Below, piece by piece: positions 1 to 10,690 of a stretch of 64,000 nucleotides of DNA (the first letter of the stretch is position 1; the number at the start of each line of letters is the position of its first letter). A program made the position numbers and the translations under genes. Source of the DNA: an uncultured bacterium (GTDB lineage: Bacteria > Calescibacteriota > Calescibacteriia > Calescibacteriales > Calescibacteriaceae). The notes under the pieces were generated by a model. The model saw nothing but the letters and a program-made list of their open reading frames with translations, was not told where the DNA came from and made no database searches. The stretch spans positions 111,926 through 175,925 of the forward strand of contig CALHPK010000006.1 in the NCBI GenBank assembly GCA_938036315.1, in the 5' to 3' direction.

Positions 1-582
1 CGTTACAGAACTATCTGAGTTACTTTTTTTCTTTTCTTTAGGCTTGACAGCTATTGTATAAGTTGGTGGGATCCCGGAGGTAGATAATTTTTCTGGAAGT
101 TTTCCTGAGAGGAGATTTTTTATTATTTCCCGTCTCTCCTCAGTGGGGAGTTTGTCTATTATTAATTTCCCCAAAAGGTGATCAATTTCATGCTGAAATA
201 GTACAGCTGATAAGTCCTCAAGTTGCTGAACAAATCTGTTTCCATTTTCATCAAACCATTCTACGGATATTTTTTTTGCACGTTCAACAGGGATTCTCAA
301 ATTTGGTATTGATAAACAGCCTTCATTAAAAATAATTTTCTCTCTGCTGAATTGTATTATTTTCGGATTTATAGCAACTTTAGGATCATTCTTCTCTTCA
401 GATAGGTCAAAGACAAAGATTTTCAGTGGGATGCCAACTTGTGTAGCTGCAAGTCCTATACCGTCTTCTGCATACATAAGTTCCTTCATTTTCTCAAGAA
501 TTATCTTTGTTTCCGAATCTACAAACTTCAGATCTTTTGCTTTAATTCTGAGGCGAGGATCTGGAAAACGTAAAATTTTCAT
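1..582 (-). CDS. def: peptide deformylase (3' end runs off the window)
   Basis: Not in the ORF track. Manual translation from ATG at 582 gives MKILRFPDPRLR...GIGLAATQVG...EGCLS...QHEIDH, the three PDF motifs. No stop before position 1. Confidence 0.95.
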   Translation of the reverse strand, partial: MKILRFPDPRLRIKAKDLKFVDSETKIILEKMKELMYAEDGIGLAATQVGIPLKIFVFDLSEEKNDPKVAINPKIIQFSREKIIFNEGCLSIPNLRIPVERAKKISVEWFDENGNRFVQQLEDLSAVLFQHEIDHLLGKLIIDKLPTEERREIIKNLLSGKLPEKLSTSGIPPTYTIAVKPKEKKKSNSDSSVT

Positions 583-724
583 CTTTGTAATTTATCAATT
601 TTGAATTTTTTTGAGCTTTTTTGTGATTGTTTTAATTCTTCCGCTTTGATAAAACAATCTATTCTATTCACCAGACAGGTATTCACTTTATCTCTATGGT
701 TGAGTGTTCACTTTATCTGTGATA

Positions 725-1207
725 TTATTTGCTGTTGGTTTTACTGTTGACATCGTTTGTGGTTTTGCTGTCGATGATGATTGTTACAGGGCCGTCGTTC
801 CATATTTCGACAGTCATCATTGCTCTGAATATTCCTGTTTTTACCTTTTCATCTCCGATTTCTTTTCTCATCAATTCAACAAATTTATTGTAGAGGATCT
901 CGGCTTGCGTTGGGTCTTTCGCATGTGAGAAATCAGGTCTATTACCAGATCTTGTATCTGCATATAATGTAAATTGTGAGACGATTAAGACTTCCCCTCC
1001 AGTGTCTTTAATAGATAAGTTCATCTTCTTTCTTTCATCATCGAAGATTCTCAGGTTTGAGCACTTTTTAGCAAGATAATGCGCATCTTGTTCGTCATCA
1101 TATTTCCCGATGCCTACAAATATGACCAAACCTTTGGCTATGCTTCCGGCTACTTTGTTATCCACTAAGACAGATGCTTTTTTAACTCTCTGGATAACCA
1201 ATCTCAT
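725..1207 (-). CDS. dtd: D-aminoacyl-tRNA deacylase
   Basis: MRLVIQRV start, SQFTL motif and C-terminal NDGPVT motif. Confidence 0.95.
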   Translation of the reverse strand: MRLVIQRVKKASVLVDNKVAGSIAKGLVIFVGIGKYDDEQDAHYLAKKCSNLRIFDDERKKMNLSIKDTGGEVLIVSQFTLYADTRSGNRPDFSHAKDPTQAEILYNKFVELMRKEIGDEKVKTGIFRAMMTVEIWNDGPVTIIIDSKTTNDVNSKTNSK

Positions 1208-1960
1208 TCAGGTGCAGATTATATTAAAGTTTTCTTGTGCTTCAAATTTTTCAAATATTTCTTCAGATAGAGAGAAATCTTCTGAGGTAAATTTTTCAGA
1301 TTCTGCAAAGATAAAGATTTTTTTGTTTTTGAGGAGGTTTGCGACTTTTTTAGATGGAATTCCATTTACTATCCACGTTTTATTCTCTGATTTTATTATG
1401 GCATCCGCTCCCATGATTCCAATATCAGCTGAGGCAATTCCGTTTGAATCAGTAACTATAATCTTGTCGCTTAAGTTTTTTGCGAAATTGTCTTCTTCGA
1501 GTGCGAGAAAAATTTTGCCCTTTGAACCGTCTATTATTCCTTTTATTATCGAAGAGAAACTCGCTACAGCAATTTTGTTGTAGTTCTGAATGATTTTGAT
1601 CCCAATCTCAATAAGCTTTTGTTTTTTTATTTTGAGTTCATCTATAGTAGCTGATATAAAGTATTTAATTCTTTCTGGTTTTAAGATCTTCTCAGAGTTT
1701 ACATATTCTTTGATTTTGCGCACCGAATTTTTTATTATCAACATATCTTTTCTGATGTTTTCAGAGTAATCAAGTACTTCTGAAATTCTTTCTACTCCGA
1801 ATTCATCTATGTATTGTATTATCTTGTTGAGTGTTTTTTCTGCAAGAGTTGAAGATCCATCCGATTTATTTTCACTTATATCTTTGAAGAATTTTTCAAG
1901 CTCTATATCTACAGATTTTCCTTGAGGGCTATTCGTTTGAGATTTTATATAGTTGGCCAT
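1208..1960 (-). CDS. divergent eIF-2B alpha/beta/delta (IF-2B) family protein
   Basis: N-terminal helical region with DGSSTLA, then GADAI...VNG and a terminal FE motif typical of the IF-2B / sugar-phosphate isomerase fold. Its stop abuts the dtd start. Confidence 0.55.
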   Translation of the reverse strand: MANYIKSQTNSPQGKSVDIELEKFFKDISENKSDGSSTLAEKTLNKIIQYIDEFGVERISEVLDYSENIRKDMLIIKNSVRKIKEYVNSEKILKPERIKYFISATIDELKIKKQKLIEIGIKIIQNYNKIAVASFSSIIKGIIDGSKGKIFLALEEDNFAKNLSDKIIVTDSNGIASADIGIMGADAIIKSENKTWIVNGIPSKKVANLLKNKKIFIFAESEKFTSEDFSLSEEIFEKFEAQENFNIICT

Positions 1961-2085
1961 CCGCGATGATCAGAGTACATAATTTTGACTGATTAAAGAT
2001 TAATTGATGATATTTTTGAAATTAATTTCTTGAGGTTTTGTGAAACTAGTTTTTATGTAGAATCCTAAGATTAGGGGGGTGCCAA

Positions 2086-2841
2086 ATGGGTAGTAAAAAT
2101 GGGAATAGGAAAGAGGTGACTTTTGTTATTTTTAGAGGAGATAAGGGGCGAGGAGAGTTTAAGGAATATAGAGTCCCATATCAGGAAGGTATGGTTGTAC
2201 TTGATGCGATTTTGTGGATTCAGGGGAATTTGGAAGGAGATTTAGCAGTAAGGTGGAATTGTAAGGCTGCAAAGTGCGGATCTTGTGCGGCAGAGGTAAA
2301 TGGTAAACCATCTCTTATGTGCAAAACAAGGGTCGACGAATTGAAGGAGCCGATAAAAGTTGAGCCTATGAAAGCGTATCCTCACATAAAAGACATAGTT
2401 GCAGATACATCTTGGAATATGAGAACAAGAAGGAAAATAATAACAAAAGTTGGATTCAGACCATCTTTGAAATCTACCTTCTTGATGAAAGAAGAAGATG
2501 TAGAGAGAGGGAGGGAGTTTCGCAAATGTATAGAGTGTGGTTTGTGTATTGATGTTTGCCATGTTCTACGTGAGCATCAACTTTTTGATAAATTTATCGG
2601 GCCAGCCTATCTTGTTTTCTCAGCTTATCTCGAAACACACCCAGAAGATACTATCAATAGAATAGCTTGGCTGAAAGAAGAAGGAGGTTTAATGTACTGT
2701 AATATTACAAAATGTTGCACTGAAGTATGTCCTGAAGAGATCCACATAACAGACAATGCTATAATTCCTCTCAAAGAAAGGCTAGCTGATGAATATTTTG
2801 ATCCTATAAAGATGCTTTTCAGGAAGATACTCAACAAATAA
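2086..2841 (+). CDS. sdhB: succinate dehydrogenase/fumarate reductase iron-sulfur subunit
   Basis: WNCKAAKCGSC...LMC (2Fe-2S), CIECGLCIDVC and CNITKCCTEVCP clusters. GGGGG SD-like sequence upstream. Confidence 0.9.
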   Translation: MGSKNGNRKEVTFVIFRGDKGRGEFKEYRVPYQEGMVVLDAILWIQGNLEGDLAVRWNCKAAKCGSCAAEVNGKPSLMCKTRVDELKEPIKVEPMKAYPHIKDIVADTSWNMRTRRKIITKVGFRPSLKSTFLMKEEDVERGREFRKCIECGLCIDVCHVLREHQLFDKFIGPAYLVFSAYLETHPEDTINRIAWLKEEGGLMYCNITKCCTEVCPEEIHITDNAIIPLKERLADEYFDPIKMLFRKILNK

Positions 2842-2883
2842 TGCTTTTTGTAAAGTTATAAGTTCCTTTTGCAAAATTAAGTT

Positions 2884-5010
2884 ATGTTGTTAAAGAGATC
2901 AATTAAGATTGTTTTTCTGTTTTTGTCACTTGCTAAAATTCCGTTGATTTTTTTATTCTGTTCTAAAGTGAAAGAAGATGAACTGCGGGTAAGATTGAAT
3001 CTTGTGAAGATAGTGGTAGGAACCTCAAGTCTGAAGTTTGAAGAAATTCTTCAAACATCTGGATTTTTAGATATAAAGGAGGAACTGATTTCACAAAAGG
3101 AATTTAAGGTTAATTTTGGACAAGATTTTATTTCCGACTCTCTATATGTAAAATTTAAAAGGTATAATGGTTATCAAGTTATTGAAGCTATAGCCCTGAA
3201 TCTTGATTTTGATTACAAAAAAGATATTTTACCATTCATTGAATTTTGGTTTGAATGTCAAGATGGTGAAAGGTTTTTCGGTTTTGGAGAATGGTCAGAT
3301 TATGCGGACGCAACCGGTTTGACCAGAGAAATATGGACTCAAGAACAGCATGTAGGTCGTGGTAATGATAGTGATCCTCCTTTTCCAGTTAACAGAGTAA
3401 CTACTTATTTTCCAGTTCCATTCTTTATTTCGTCAAGAAATTATGCGTTTTTCTTAACTGGGTATGCCAGGATGGAGTTTTCTATGTGTGAGAATGATAA
3501 GTATTGGAAAGCGAAAATTTACGATTCAGTGGTAAACGCGTTAGTTTTCAGATGGGAGAAGAAACCATTAGAAGCTGTAGAGAAATTTACGGAGATAGTG
3601 GGGAGGCAGAAAGTTCCACCTCTTTGGGCTTTCGGAAACTGGATAGATGAGATCTTCGGTCAGGAAAATGTACTGAACACAGTAGTGTGGCTTCGTAAAA
3701 ACAAAATTCCTTCATCCGCTATATGGACTGAGGATTGGGCCGGGGGAAGATGGACAACTCCTACTATATACAATATAGGAGGATGGGATACTGAGCACTC
3801 CAGAGAGCTTTATCCAGAAATTGAGAGATTATCTCAAGAGCTCAAGAAATTCGGATTTAAGTTTCTCGGATATTTCAACACCTTTGTGCCAGATCACCAT
3901 AAATCCCATGCCGAGTCTCGAGAAAAAGACATACTTTTCAGAGATAGAGATGGTAACATACGATATTTTTGGACTCCTGAAGGAAGGGCTGCTATTGTTG
4001 ATATTTTAAGCGAAACTGGAGCTCAATATATGAAAGATGTTATGAAGAAAATAGCAGATTTGGGTTTTTCTGGCTGGATGGCTGATTTTGGGGAGTGGGT
4101 TCTACCAAGTTTTATTTCAGGTGGGAAAACAGGATGGGAGTTCCGAAACCTATATCCTTATCTTTGGGCTAAAATAAATTATGAATTCTGGGAGAGCTAT
4201 TCGCCGGGGGATTACGTGTTTTTCTCAAGATCTGGTTTTACGGGTTCTTGGAAATTTTCCCCTGTTGTTTGGCAAGGCGATCAGAACACATCTTTTGAAA
4301 GGTTCGATGGCCTTGGAGCTTTAGTCCCCCAGATGACATCTGTTGGAATGGCTGGTGTTGCGAATGTGGGACCAGATATAGCTGGTTATACAACATTGTT
4401 TTCAGGACCATCTGATAAGGAACTTTACATAAGGTGGACATCTTTATGTGCTTTTGTTCCCATTTTCAGAACTCATCACGGAACTGAGCCAAAGAGGAAC
4501 TGGAGGTTTGATAAGGATACTGAAACTACTCTGGTATTTAAGCGATGGGCTGAGGAACACATAAGGCTTGCCCCGACGTTTTATGAACTCTCTAAAATAG
4601 CTCAATCCAGGGGATATCCTATTGTGCGCCATATTTTTCTTGAGTATCCGGAAGTTGTAAAGTATCTCCCCGAGAAATTAGAGGTTATCGAACAGCAGTT
4701 TTTGATTGGTGATTCACTCCTTGTAGCTCCAATTGTAAAAAGAGGCGAAACAAAAAGAGAGGTTTTTATACCTCCTGGGATCTGGTTTAATTATTTTTCA
4801 AGAAACGAATCTTTTAGTGGTGGAGAGAATGGTAAATTTATAGAGATCGAAGTTCCTGTTGGCGAGATTTTTGTCGTCGTAAAGAAGGGAAGTTGCATTA
4901 AAGTTTTTGATCCTATCCCTCATACTCTTTTGCAAGTCAGTGCAGATGTAAAAGAGCAATTCGAAATTACAGATATTTCAAATGCTGAAATAAAAGAAAT
5001 TTGTTTTTGA
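2884..5010 (+). CDS. glycoside hydrolase family 31 (YihQ-like), probably exported or a lipoprotein
   Basis: GWMADFGE nucleophile motif, WQGD acid/base, DIAGYTT and FRTHHG. Hydrophobic N-terminus ending LFC. Confidence 0.88.
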   Translation: MLLKRSIKIVFLFLSLAKIPLIFLFCSKVKEDELRVRLNLVKIVVGTSSLKFEEILQTSGFLDIKEELISQKEFKVNFGQDFISDSLYVKFKRYNGYQVIEAIALNLDFDYKKDILPFIEFWFECQDGERFFGFGEWSDYADATGLTREIWTQEQHVGRGNDSDPPFPVNRVTTYFPVPFFISSRNYAFFLTGYARMEFSMCENDKYWKAKIYDSVVNALVFRWEKKPLEAVEKFTEIVGRQKVPPLWAFGNWIDEIFGQENVLNTVVWLRKNKIPSSAIWTEDWAGGRWTTPTIYNIGGWDTEHSRELYPEIERLSQELKKFGFKFLGYFNTFVPDHHKSHAESREKDILFRDRDGNIRYFWTPEGRAAIVDILSETGAQYMKDVMKKIADLGFSGWMADFGEWVLPSFISGGKTGWEFRNLYPYLWAKINYEFWESYSPGDYVFFSRSGFTGSWKFSPVVWQGDQNTSFERFDGLGALVPQMTSVGMAGVANVGPDIAGYTTLFSGPSDKELYIRWTSLCAFVPIFRTHHGTEPKRNWRFDKDTETTLVFKRWAEEHIRLAPTFYELSKIAQSRGYPIVRHIFLEYPEVVKYLPEKLEVIEQQFLIGDSLLVAPIVKRGETKREVFIPPGIWFNYFSRNESFSGGENGKFIEIEVPVGEIFVVVKKGSCIKVFDPIPHTLLQVSADVKEQFEITDISNAEIKEICF

Positions 5011-5081
5011 TTTCCAACACTTCTGGTCTGGTCGCTATATAAAAATTATCATTCAGAGCTTTTCTTTTTAATCATTTTGGA

Positions 5082-5117
5082 TTTGAATGTATTAATAATT
5101 TTGAATGTATTAATAAT
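5082..5117. repeat. perfect 18-bp tandem duplication
   Basis: TTTGAATGTATTAATAAT at 5082 and 5100. Confidence 0.9.
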
Positions 5118-5128
5118 TTATTCTATGT

Positions 5129-7021
5129 ATGATGAATGAAGAGTTTAGAAATATTATAGAGCTTTTTAAGAACACTGTGGATAGGTTAAAATCTAAGCCT
5201 GCTTTGCGATATAAAAGATCTGGAATTTGGCATGAGATAACTTGGGGTGAGTATTATGAGAGAGTAAAAAAAATTGCTAAAACTCTGGTTCTGCTTGGTA
5301 TTAGAAAAGGGGACAGGGTTGCTATTATTGGGGAGAATAGATGGGAGTGGGTTGTTTCCGATCTTGCGGTTTTACTTTCGGGCGGAGTTTCAGTGGGGCT
5401 TTATCCGACTCTTGCTCCTGAGCAAATTCAATACGCTCTGACACACTCAGAATCTAAAGTGATTTTTGCTGAAGGTGAAGAGCAATATGACAAACTTCTT
5501 GAGATCAAAGATAAGGTTAACCTCAGAAAGATAATAATATGGGATAGAAAAGGACTTTGGGGTATAAAGGATGAATCGGTCTTATTTTTTGATGAGCTTT
5601 TAGAGCGTGATAATGAAAATCCTGAACTTGACGGAATTTTAGATGAAATATTGGAAAGAATAAAAAGTGAAATGAGTCTGGATGATGTTGCTTTCATAGT
5701 TTATACATCTGGAACTACAGGGCCACCTAAGGGTGCGATGATAACCCACCGTAATATACTATTTATGACCTCGGCGCTTCAGAAGGTTAATGAAGCAGAT
5801 AGCAAGGACGAAGTCATATCATACTTGCCCTTAAATCATATTGCTGAAAGATTGCTTTCTGTTTATCTTCCAATCAGGGTCGGATACAGAGTTAATTTTG
5901 TTGAGAGTTTCGAAACCTTACTTGAAAATTTACGAGAGGTAAGACCAACAATATTTTTTTCGGTTCCACGAATTTGGGAGAAGATAGCGTCCCAGATCTA
6001 TATACTCATTGATGATTCAACTACCTTTAAGAAATTTTTATGGAAAAAGAGTATAGAGATAGGGCGGGACTACGCAAAACAGGAGCAGAAGATTAGGGAG
6101 GAGTTGATTCGGAAAAGATGGGAAACAATCAAAGATCTCACGGGGCAGGGAAGACGTAGACTTACAAAAAGCAAAATCCCCCTGTGGTCCAGATTCAAAT
6201 ACTTTTTGGCGTATAATCTGGTTCTGAGACACGTCAAGAGAATTTTGGGATTGTCTCGAGTAAAGTACGCACTATGTGGTGCTGCTCCCTCTGCCCCCGA
6301 ACTCTATGAGTTTTACAATGCACTAGGGGTTCCATTAGCTGAGGGTTATGGTCAGACAGAGTCTGCTGGTGTGATAACTATATCACGCATTGGTCTTGAA
6401 AGATGGGGATACGTCGGTACTCCCTTGGATGGCATCGAAGTTAAAATTGCAAGTGATGGGGAGATTCTAACGAAAGGCCCCCATGTCTTTAAGGGATACT
6501 TCAAGGATGACGAATTAACCTCTGAGACCATAAAAGATGGCTGGCTTCACACTGGTGATATAGGTCAAATGGATGAGTTGGGCTTTGTTAAAATTCTTGA
6601 CAGGAAGAAAGATATAATAATTACTGCTGGTGGTAAAAATATAACTCCATCATATATTGAAAACAAACTCAAGTTTTCTCCATATATTCAGGATGCTGTA
6701 GTTATTGGGGATGGTAGGAAATACCTTGTTGCTTTGATTTTGATTGATGAAGAAAATGTTTCAAATTGGGCACAGAAGAATAAGATCCAGTACGTTACAT
6801 TTGAAGATCTCACGAGAAATCCTGAGGTCTACAAGCTCATAGCTAAGGAGGTTGAGAGTGTAAATAAAACTTTGTCTCAAGTAGAGACTATAAAAAAGTT
6901 TTCACTTATTCCTCGCAAGCTTTACGAAGAAGAAGGGGACATAACTCCAACCAGAAAAATTAAGCGTAAGGTGATAGAGAAAAAGTATAAAGATTTGATT
7001 GAAAAGTTGTATAAAGATTGA
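5129..7021 (+). CDS. long-chain-fatty-acid--CoA ligase (AMP-binding family)
   Basis: YTSGTTGPPKG P-loop, YLPLNH, EGYGQTE, GWLHTGD and TPTRK. Confidence 0.92.
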   Translation: MMNEEFRNIIELFKNTVDRLKSKPALRYKRSGIWHEITWGEYYERVKKIAKTLVLLGIRKGDRVAIIGENRWEWVVSDLAVLLSGGVSVGLYPTLAPEQIQYALTHSESKVIFAEGEEQYDKLLEIKDKVNLRKIIIWDRKGLWGIKDESVLFFDELLERDNENPELDGILDEILERIKSEMSLDDVAFIVYTSGTTGPPKGAMITHRNILFMTSALQKVNEADSKDEVISYLPLNHIAERLLSVYLPIRVGYRVNFVESFETLLENLREVRPTIFFSVPRIWEKIASQIYILIDDSTTFKKFLWKKSIEIGRDYAKQEQKIREELIRKRWETIKDLTGQGRRRLTKSKIPLWSRFKYFLAYNLVLRHVKRILGLSRVKYALCGAAPSAPELYEFYNALGVPLAEGYGQTESAGVITISRIGLERWGYVGTPLDGIEVKIASDGEILTKGPHVFKGYFKDDELTSETIKDGWLHTGDIGQMDELGFVKILDRKKDIIITAGGKNITPSYIENKLKFSPYIQDAVVIGDGRKYLVALILIDEENVSNWAQKNKIQYVTFEDLTRNPEVYKLIAKEVESVNKTLSQVETIKKFSLIPRKLYEEEGDITPTRKIKRKVIEKKYKDLIEKLYKD

Positions 7022-7023
7022 GA

Positions 7024-8595
7024 TCAGATTCCGGAGCTTTTTTCAAGTTTTTCAGAGCTTTTTCCTTTTTGCCTGAGTTTTGATATTTTTTCTATTCTGT
7101 TGATTGCAGATATGAAGGCTTTTGCAGAAGCAACCACAATATCTGTACTAACTCCAGATCCTGATGCTGAGATATCTCCGATTTTTAGGATAACAGAGAC
7201 TTCCCCTTGCGCATCAGTACCGCCTGATATAGATTTTACTGAGTAGTCAACGAGTTCTGGTTCTGCTCCTACACATTTTTGAATTGCTTTGTATACTGCG
7301 TCAACTGGACCATCTCCTGTGGCTGAAGATTTGATTTCTTTTCCTTCTTGTCTGATGATAACTGTTGCGTTCGGCACGATCTCGGTCCCAGCAGCGATAT
7401 TAACCGATACAAGCTCATATCTATCACTATCTTTTCTTGTCTTTACAATCTCTTCAAGCACAATGGCTTCTATATCTTCATCGTGGATGATTTTCTTCTT
7501 ATCAGCAAGGTCTTTGATTCTTCTGTAGAGAGATTTTAAATCTTCGGGGGAGAGCTCGTACCCGAGTTCGGCAACTTTTCTTGCTATAGCGTGTTTACCT
7601 GAGTGTTTACCTATTACAATTTGTGAGCTTGGAAATCCAACGTCTTCGGGTCTCATTATTTCATAGGTAAGAGGGTATTTCAGGACTCCATCCTGGTGTA
7701 TTCCTGCTTCGTGAGCGAAAGCGTTTTGTCCTATTACTGCTTTGTTAGGGGGTATTTGGACTCCTGTGATTTTTGCAAGTAGACGTGATACTGAGTAGAG
7801 TTCACGCGTGTTGATTTCTGTATAGACATCTTTGAAGAAATCTTTTCTGGTTTTTATTGTCATTACAACCTCTTCAAGAGCTGTGTTCCCGGCACGCTCT
7901 CCGATTCCATTCATTGCAACTTCGCATTGGCGGGCGCCACCTAATATCCCGCTCAAAGTATTTGCGGTTGCCAAACCTAGGTCATTATGGCAATGGACTG
8001 AAATTATTGGTTTCCCTACCTTGTAAATCTCTTCTTTTATCCTCCTTACAAGCTCATAAAACTCAAAGGGTAGGGCATATCCAACTGTGTCAGGTATATT
8101 TATAACATCCGCCCCCTCTTTTATAACTGCCTTGAAAACTTCTATGAGGAAATTGGGATCCGACCTTGTTGCATCCTCCGCCGAGAATTCCACTTCGTCT
8201 GCATACTTTTTAGCAAGTCTCACCGATTCTACGGCTTTTTTAAGAACTTCTTCCTCTGAAAGTTTTAGTTTGTATTTCATATGTATTTCGCTTGTTGCTA
8301 TAAAGACATGGATTCTTTTTCTTTTTGCAAACTCAAGAGCTTCAGCTGCCCTTTCTATGTCTATTTTCTCACATCTTGAAAGTGCGCATACTGTAACCTT
8401 CTGCAGGGTTTTTGATATTTCTTTTACTGATTCGAAATCTCCTTCTGATGTTATCGGGAAACCAGCTTCTATTATATCAACTCCGAGTTTCTCCAGAGCT
8501 AATGCCATCTTCACTTTCTCGTCCAAGGTCATTGTGAACCCTGGAGCTTGTTCCCCATCTCTTAGCGTTGTATCGAATATGTAAACCTTTTCCAT
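7024..8595 (-). CDS. leuA: 2-isopropylmalate synthase
   Basis: [31 protein letters not shown] and a C-terminal regulatory domain (GDGPVDA). Confidence 0.95.
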   Translation of the reverse strand: MEKVYIFDTTLRDGEQAPGFTMTLDEKVKMALALEKLGVDIIEAGFPITSEGDFESVKEISKTLQKVTVCALSRCEKIDIERAAEALEFAKRKRIHVFIATSEIHMKYKLKLSEEEVLKKAVESVRLAKKYADEVEFSAEDATRSDPNFLIEVFKAVIKEGADVINIPDTVGYALPFEFYELVRRIKEEIYKVGKPIISVHCHNDLGLATANTLSGILGGARQCEVAMNGIGERAGNTALEEVVMTIKTRKDFFKDVYTEINTRELYSVSRLLAKITGVQIPPNKAVIGQNAFAHEAGIHQDGVLKYPLTYEIMRPEDVGFPSSQIVIGKHSGKHAIARKVAELGYELSPEDLKSLYRRIKDLADKKKIIHDEDIEAIVLEEIVKTRKDSDRYELVSVNIAAGTEIVPNATVIIRQEGKEIKSSATGDGPVDAVYKAIQKCVGAEPELVDYSVKSISGGTDAQGEVSVILKIGDISASGSGVSTDIVVASAKAFISAINRIEKISKLRQKGKSSEKLEKSSGI

Positions 8596-9292
8596 TGCCT
8601 TTCTCCCTATTCTTTAAATTTTCAAAGATTATATTGTATAAAATATAGGTAAAACTCAATGTAAGAATTACAATGAAGAAAATTTTTGGTTTGAAAAAAA
8701 TCAGCCACAGGAGAGCCGGAGGAAGGATAAGAAGATAGGTAAGTAGCGCTCTTGACAGTTTCATATCTTTAAATGACCTGAAATTTAGTGAGCTTACTTC
8801 TAAAGATGATATCACGAAAATAATAATGATAATAGCTGTCTTGCCCCATAGAGTATTCTTGAATTCATAAAGTTCTGCTAGCATAGTTGCTGAGACTAAA
8901 GTAAAAGCTCCAAGGGGAGAACTTAATCCTTCAAAATACTCACTTCCTCTTGATTGAAAGTTTGCATTGAACCTTGCCAGCCTTATCGCAACAGCAATAA
9001 GTGGAATAAAAGCTATGATCTTTCCAAATTCTACTTCTTTGAGAAAAATAAGATACATAAGTATAGAGGGAGCAAGTCCGAATGTTATCAGATCTGCCAA
9101 GGAGTCAAATTCTATACCGAATTTTGACGATATTTTTAGAGCCCTTGCTATTCTTCCATCTAACATATCAAATATCAATCCCAAGACTATAAAATAGAAA
9201 GCTTGTAAAAATCTCCCTTCAATTGAGAAAAAAATCGACATAAATCCAGAGAACAGATTTAAAGATGTAAGGATATTTGAGATATATTTCAT
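8477..9292 (-). CDS. pssA: CDP-diacylglycerol--serine O-phosphatidyltransferase
   Basis: DMLDGRIAR...FGIEFDSLAD CDP-alcohol phosphotransferase motif, RLARFN and several TM segments. Overlaps leuA by 119 nt. Confidence 0.9.
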   Translation of the reverse strand: MKYISNILTSLNLFSGFMSIFFSIEGRFLQAFYFIVLGLIFDMLDGRIARALKISSKFGIEFDSLADLITFGLAPSILMYLIFLKEVEFGKIIAFIPLIAVAIRLARFNANFQSRGSEYFEGLSSPLGAFTLVSATMLAELYEFKNTLWGKTAIIIIIFVISSLEVSSLNFRSFKDMKLSRALLTYLLILPPALLWLIFFKPKIFFIVILTLSFTYILYNIIFENLKNREKGNGKGLHIRYNAKRWGTSSRVHNDLGRESEDGISSGETRS

Positions 9293-9314
9293 GGCTATAC
9301 TATATTTTTATACT

Positions 9315-10265
9315 TTATACTATAAAATATAATTCTGGGCCTGGGGTTAAGGTGAAAGTTTTAGCACTATATAAATCTCCATCTAATGTGAAACCTACAT
9401 CTTCGCTATTCAATGATTCAACTGTAACTTTTGTAGCTTGTTCATTTATTGCGTCCTGAGGTAGGATACCAAAGTAGATTAGAGGAAGAAATGATATGAG
9501 CTTCACCGTGCTACCTGCGTAGGCGATAAAATTGAAGGAGTTCTTAGATTGTGGGGCTTTGGGGAAATTTGAAAAATTTAGTCCAAAAGAGTGGATAGTT
9601 CCTGCTCCGAATATTAAAAAGTCATTTTCTTCCTGTTTTTGTATATCCCAGATTTTTATTCTTAGTTTGTGTCTTCCTGAGATTTGTCTATCTCCTTTTA
9701 CCGCTTTTGCTATTGTTGTCAGGAGTGTTTTTACAGCGCCTGTGGGGCCTAGGATCTTCCCTTCGTAATAATCTTTCAGGAAATTATAGACCAGTTTACC
9801 GCCCCCGAACATAAAGCCATATAGTTCTTTGCTACCACCATCTATCTCTACCTTTATCGAGTTTCTTGGAATCACTTCAACTTCTCTGTTCCCACTTTTG
9901 AGCTTTTCTATAATCTCTGAATTTTTGGGTATCTTGAGACAAGTTGCTATTGTATTCATGGTTCCACCACGTAAATGGCCTATAATTAATGGGGTTCTGA
10001 CTCTTTTTTTTGTGTAAAGATATGTTATTGTATTATGAATTGTTCCATCTCCTCCATATATAAGTAAAACAGTTTCATCGTCTACTTGAATATCTTCTAT
10101 TTTTTCGTGTGGGACTATAAATAGCTCCATTGGTTTTACATTCTGCCAGATATTGTCTAGTACTCTTAAGTATGTTGATGGCTTATGATTTGAAGAAGCT
10201 TTTTTATTGTATATAAGATAGATTTTTTCAAATTTCTTTCTTTGTTTGGGATAGTTGTGTTTCAT
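9315..10265 (-). CDS. diacylglycerol/lipid kinase family protein
   Basis: GGDGT, GGTMN and C-terminal LDGD motifs. Confidence 0.8.
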   Translation of the reverse strand: MKHNYPKQRKKFEKIYLIYNKKASSNHKPSTYLRVLDNIWQNVKPMELFIVPHEKIEDIQVDDETVLLIYGGDGTIHNTITYLYTKKRVRTPLIIGHLRGGTMNTIATCLKIPKNSEIIEKLKSGNREVEVIPRNSIKVEIDGGSKELYGFMFGGGKLVYNFLKDYYEGKILGPTGAVKTLLTTIAKAVKGDRQISGRHKLRIKIWDIQKQEENDFLIFGAGTIHSFGLNFSNFPKAPQSKNSFNFIAYAGSTVKLISFLPLIYFGILPQDAINEQATKVTVESLNSEDVGFTLDGDLYSAKTFTLTPGPELYFIV

Positions 10266-10291
10266 TTTGGATTTGGTTTGAGTTTTATTTT

Positions 10292-10678
10292 TTATCTTTG
10301 TTCCACAAATGATATTATAGCTGTTGGTGCTCCGTCTCCCGCCCTTGCTGAATATTTAAGTATTTGTATGTAGCCTCCATTTAAATTTTTATATCTTGGA
10401 GCGATTTCGGTGAGGAGTTTTTTTGTAGCGGTTCTATTCTGCAGTAAGGAGAACACAGATCTAGCTGCGTTTATAGATTGACTTGATGATGTGTTTTGAG
10501 GGTCATACTTTTTAGCGATTGTTATCAGTCTCTCGGCATATTTCCGGAGTTCTTTTGCTTTTGCTTCTGTAGTCAGTATTTTCCCATTGATTATGAGAGA
10601 AGATGCCAAATTTCGTAAAAGTAATAGTCTGCTTTTTGTAGGTCTTTTTAATTTTCTTCCTTTTACTCTGTGCTTCAT
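10292..10678 (-). CDS. rplQ: 50S ribosomal protein L17
   Basis: MKHRVKGRKL, TTEAKAKELR, GGY...RAGDGA. Follows rpoA. Confidence 0.97.
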   Translation of the reverse strand: MKHRVKGRKLKRPTKSRLLLLRNLASSLIINGKILTTEAKAKELRKYAERLITIAKKYDPQNTSSSQSINAARSVFSLLQNRTATKKLLTEIAPRYKNLNGGYIQILKYSARAGDGAPTAIISFVEQR

Positions 10679-10690
10679 AATTTTTATTTT

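Noticed and set aside
2884-5010. Calling the GH31 yihQ (sulfoquinovosidase)
   Set aside because: The sulfonate-binding Arg/Trp segment is not evident and no sulfoglycolysis genes are nearby.
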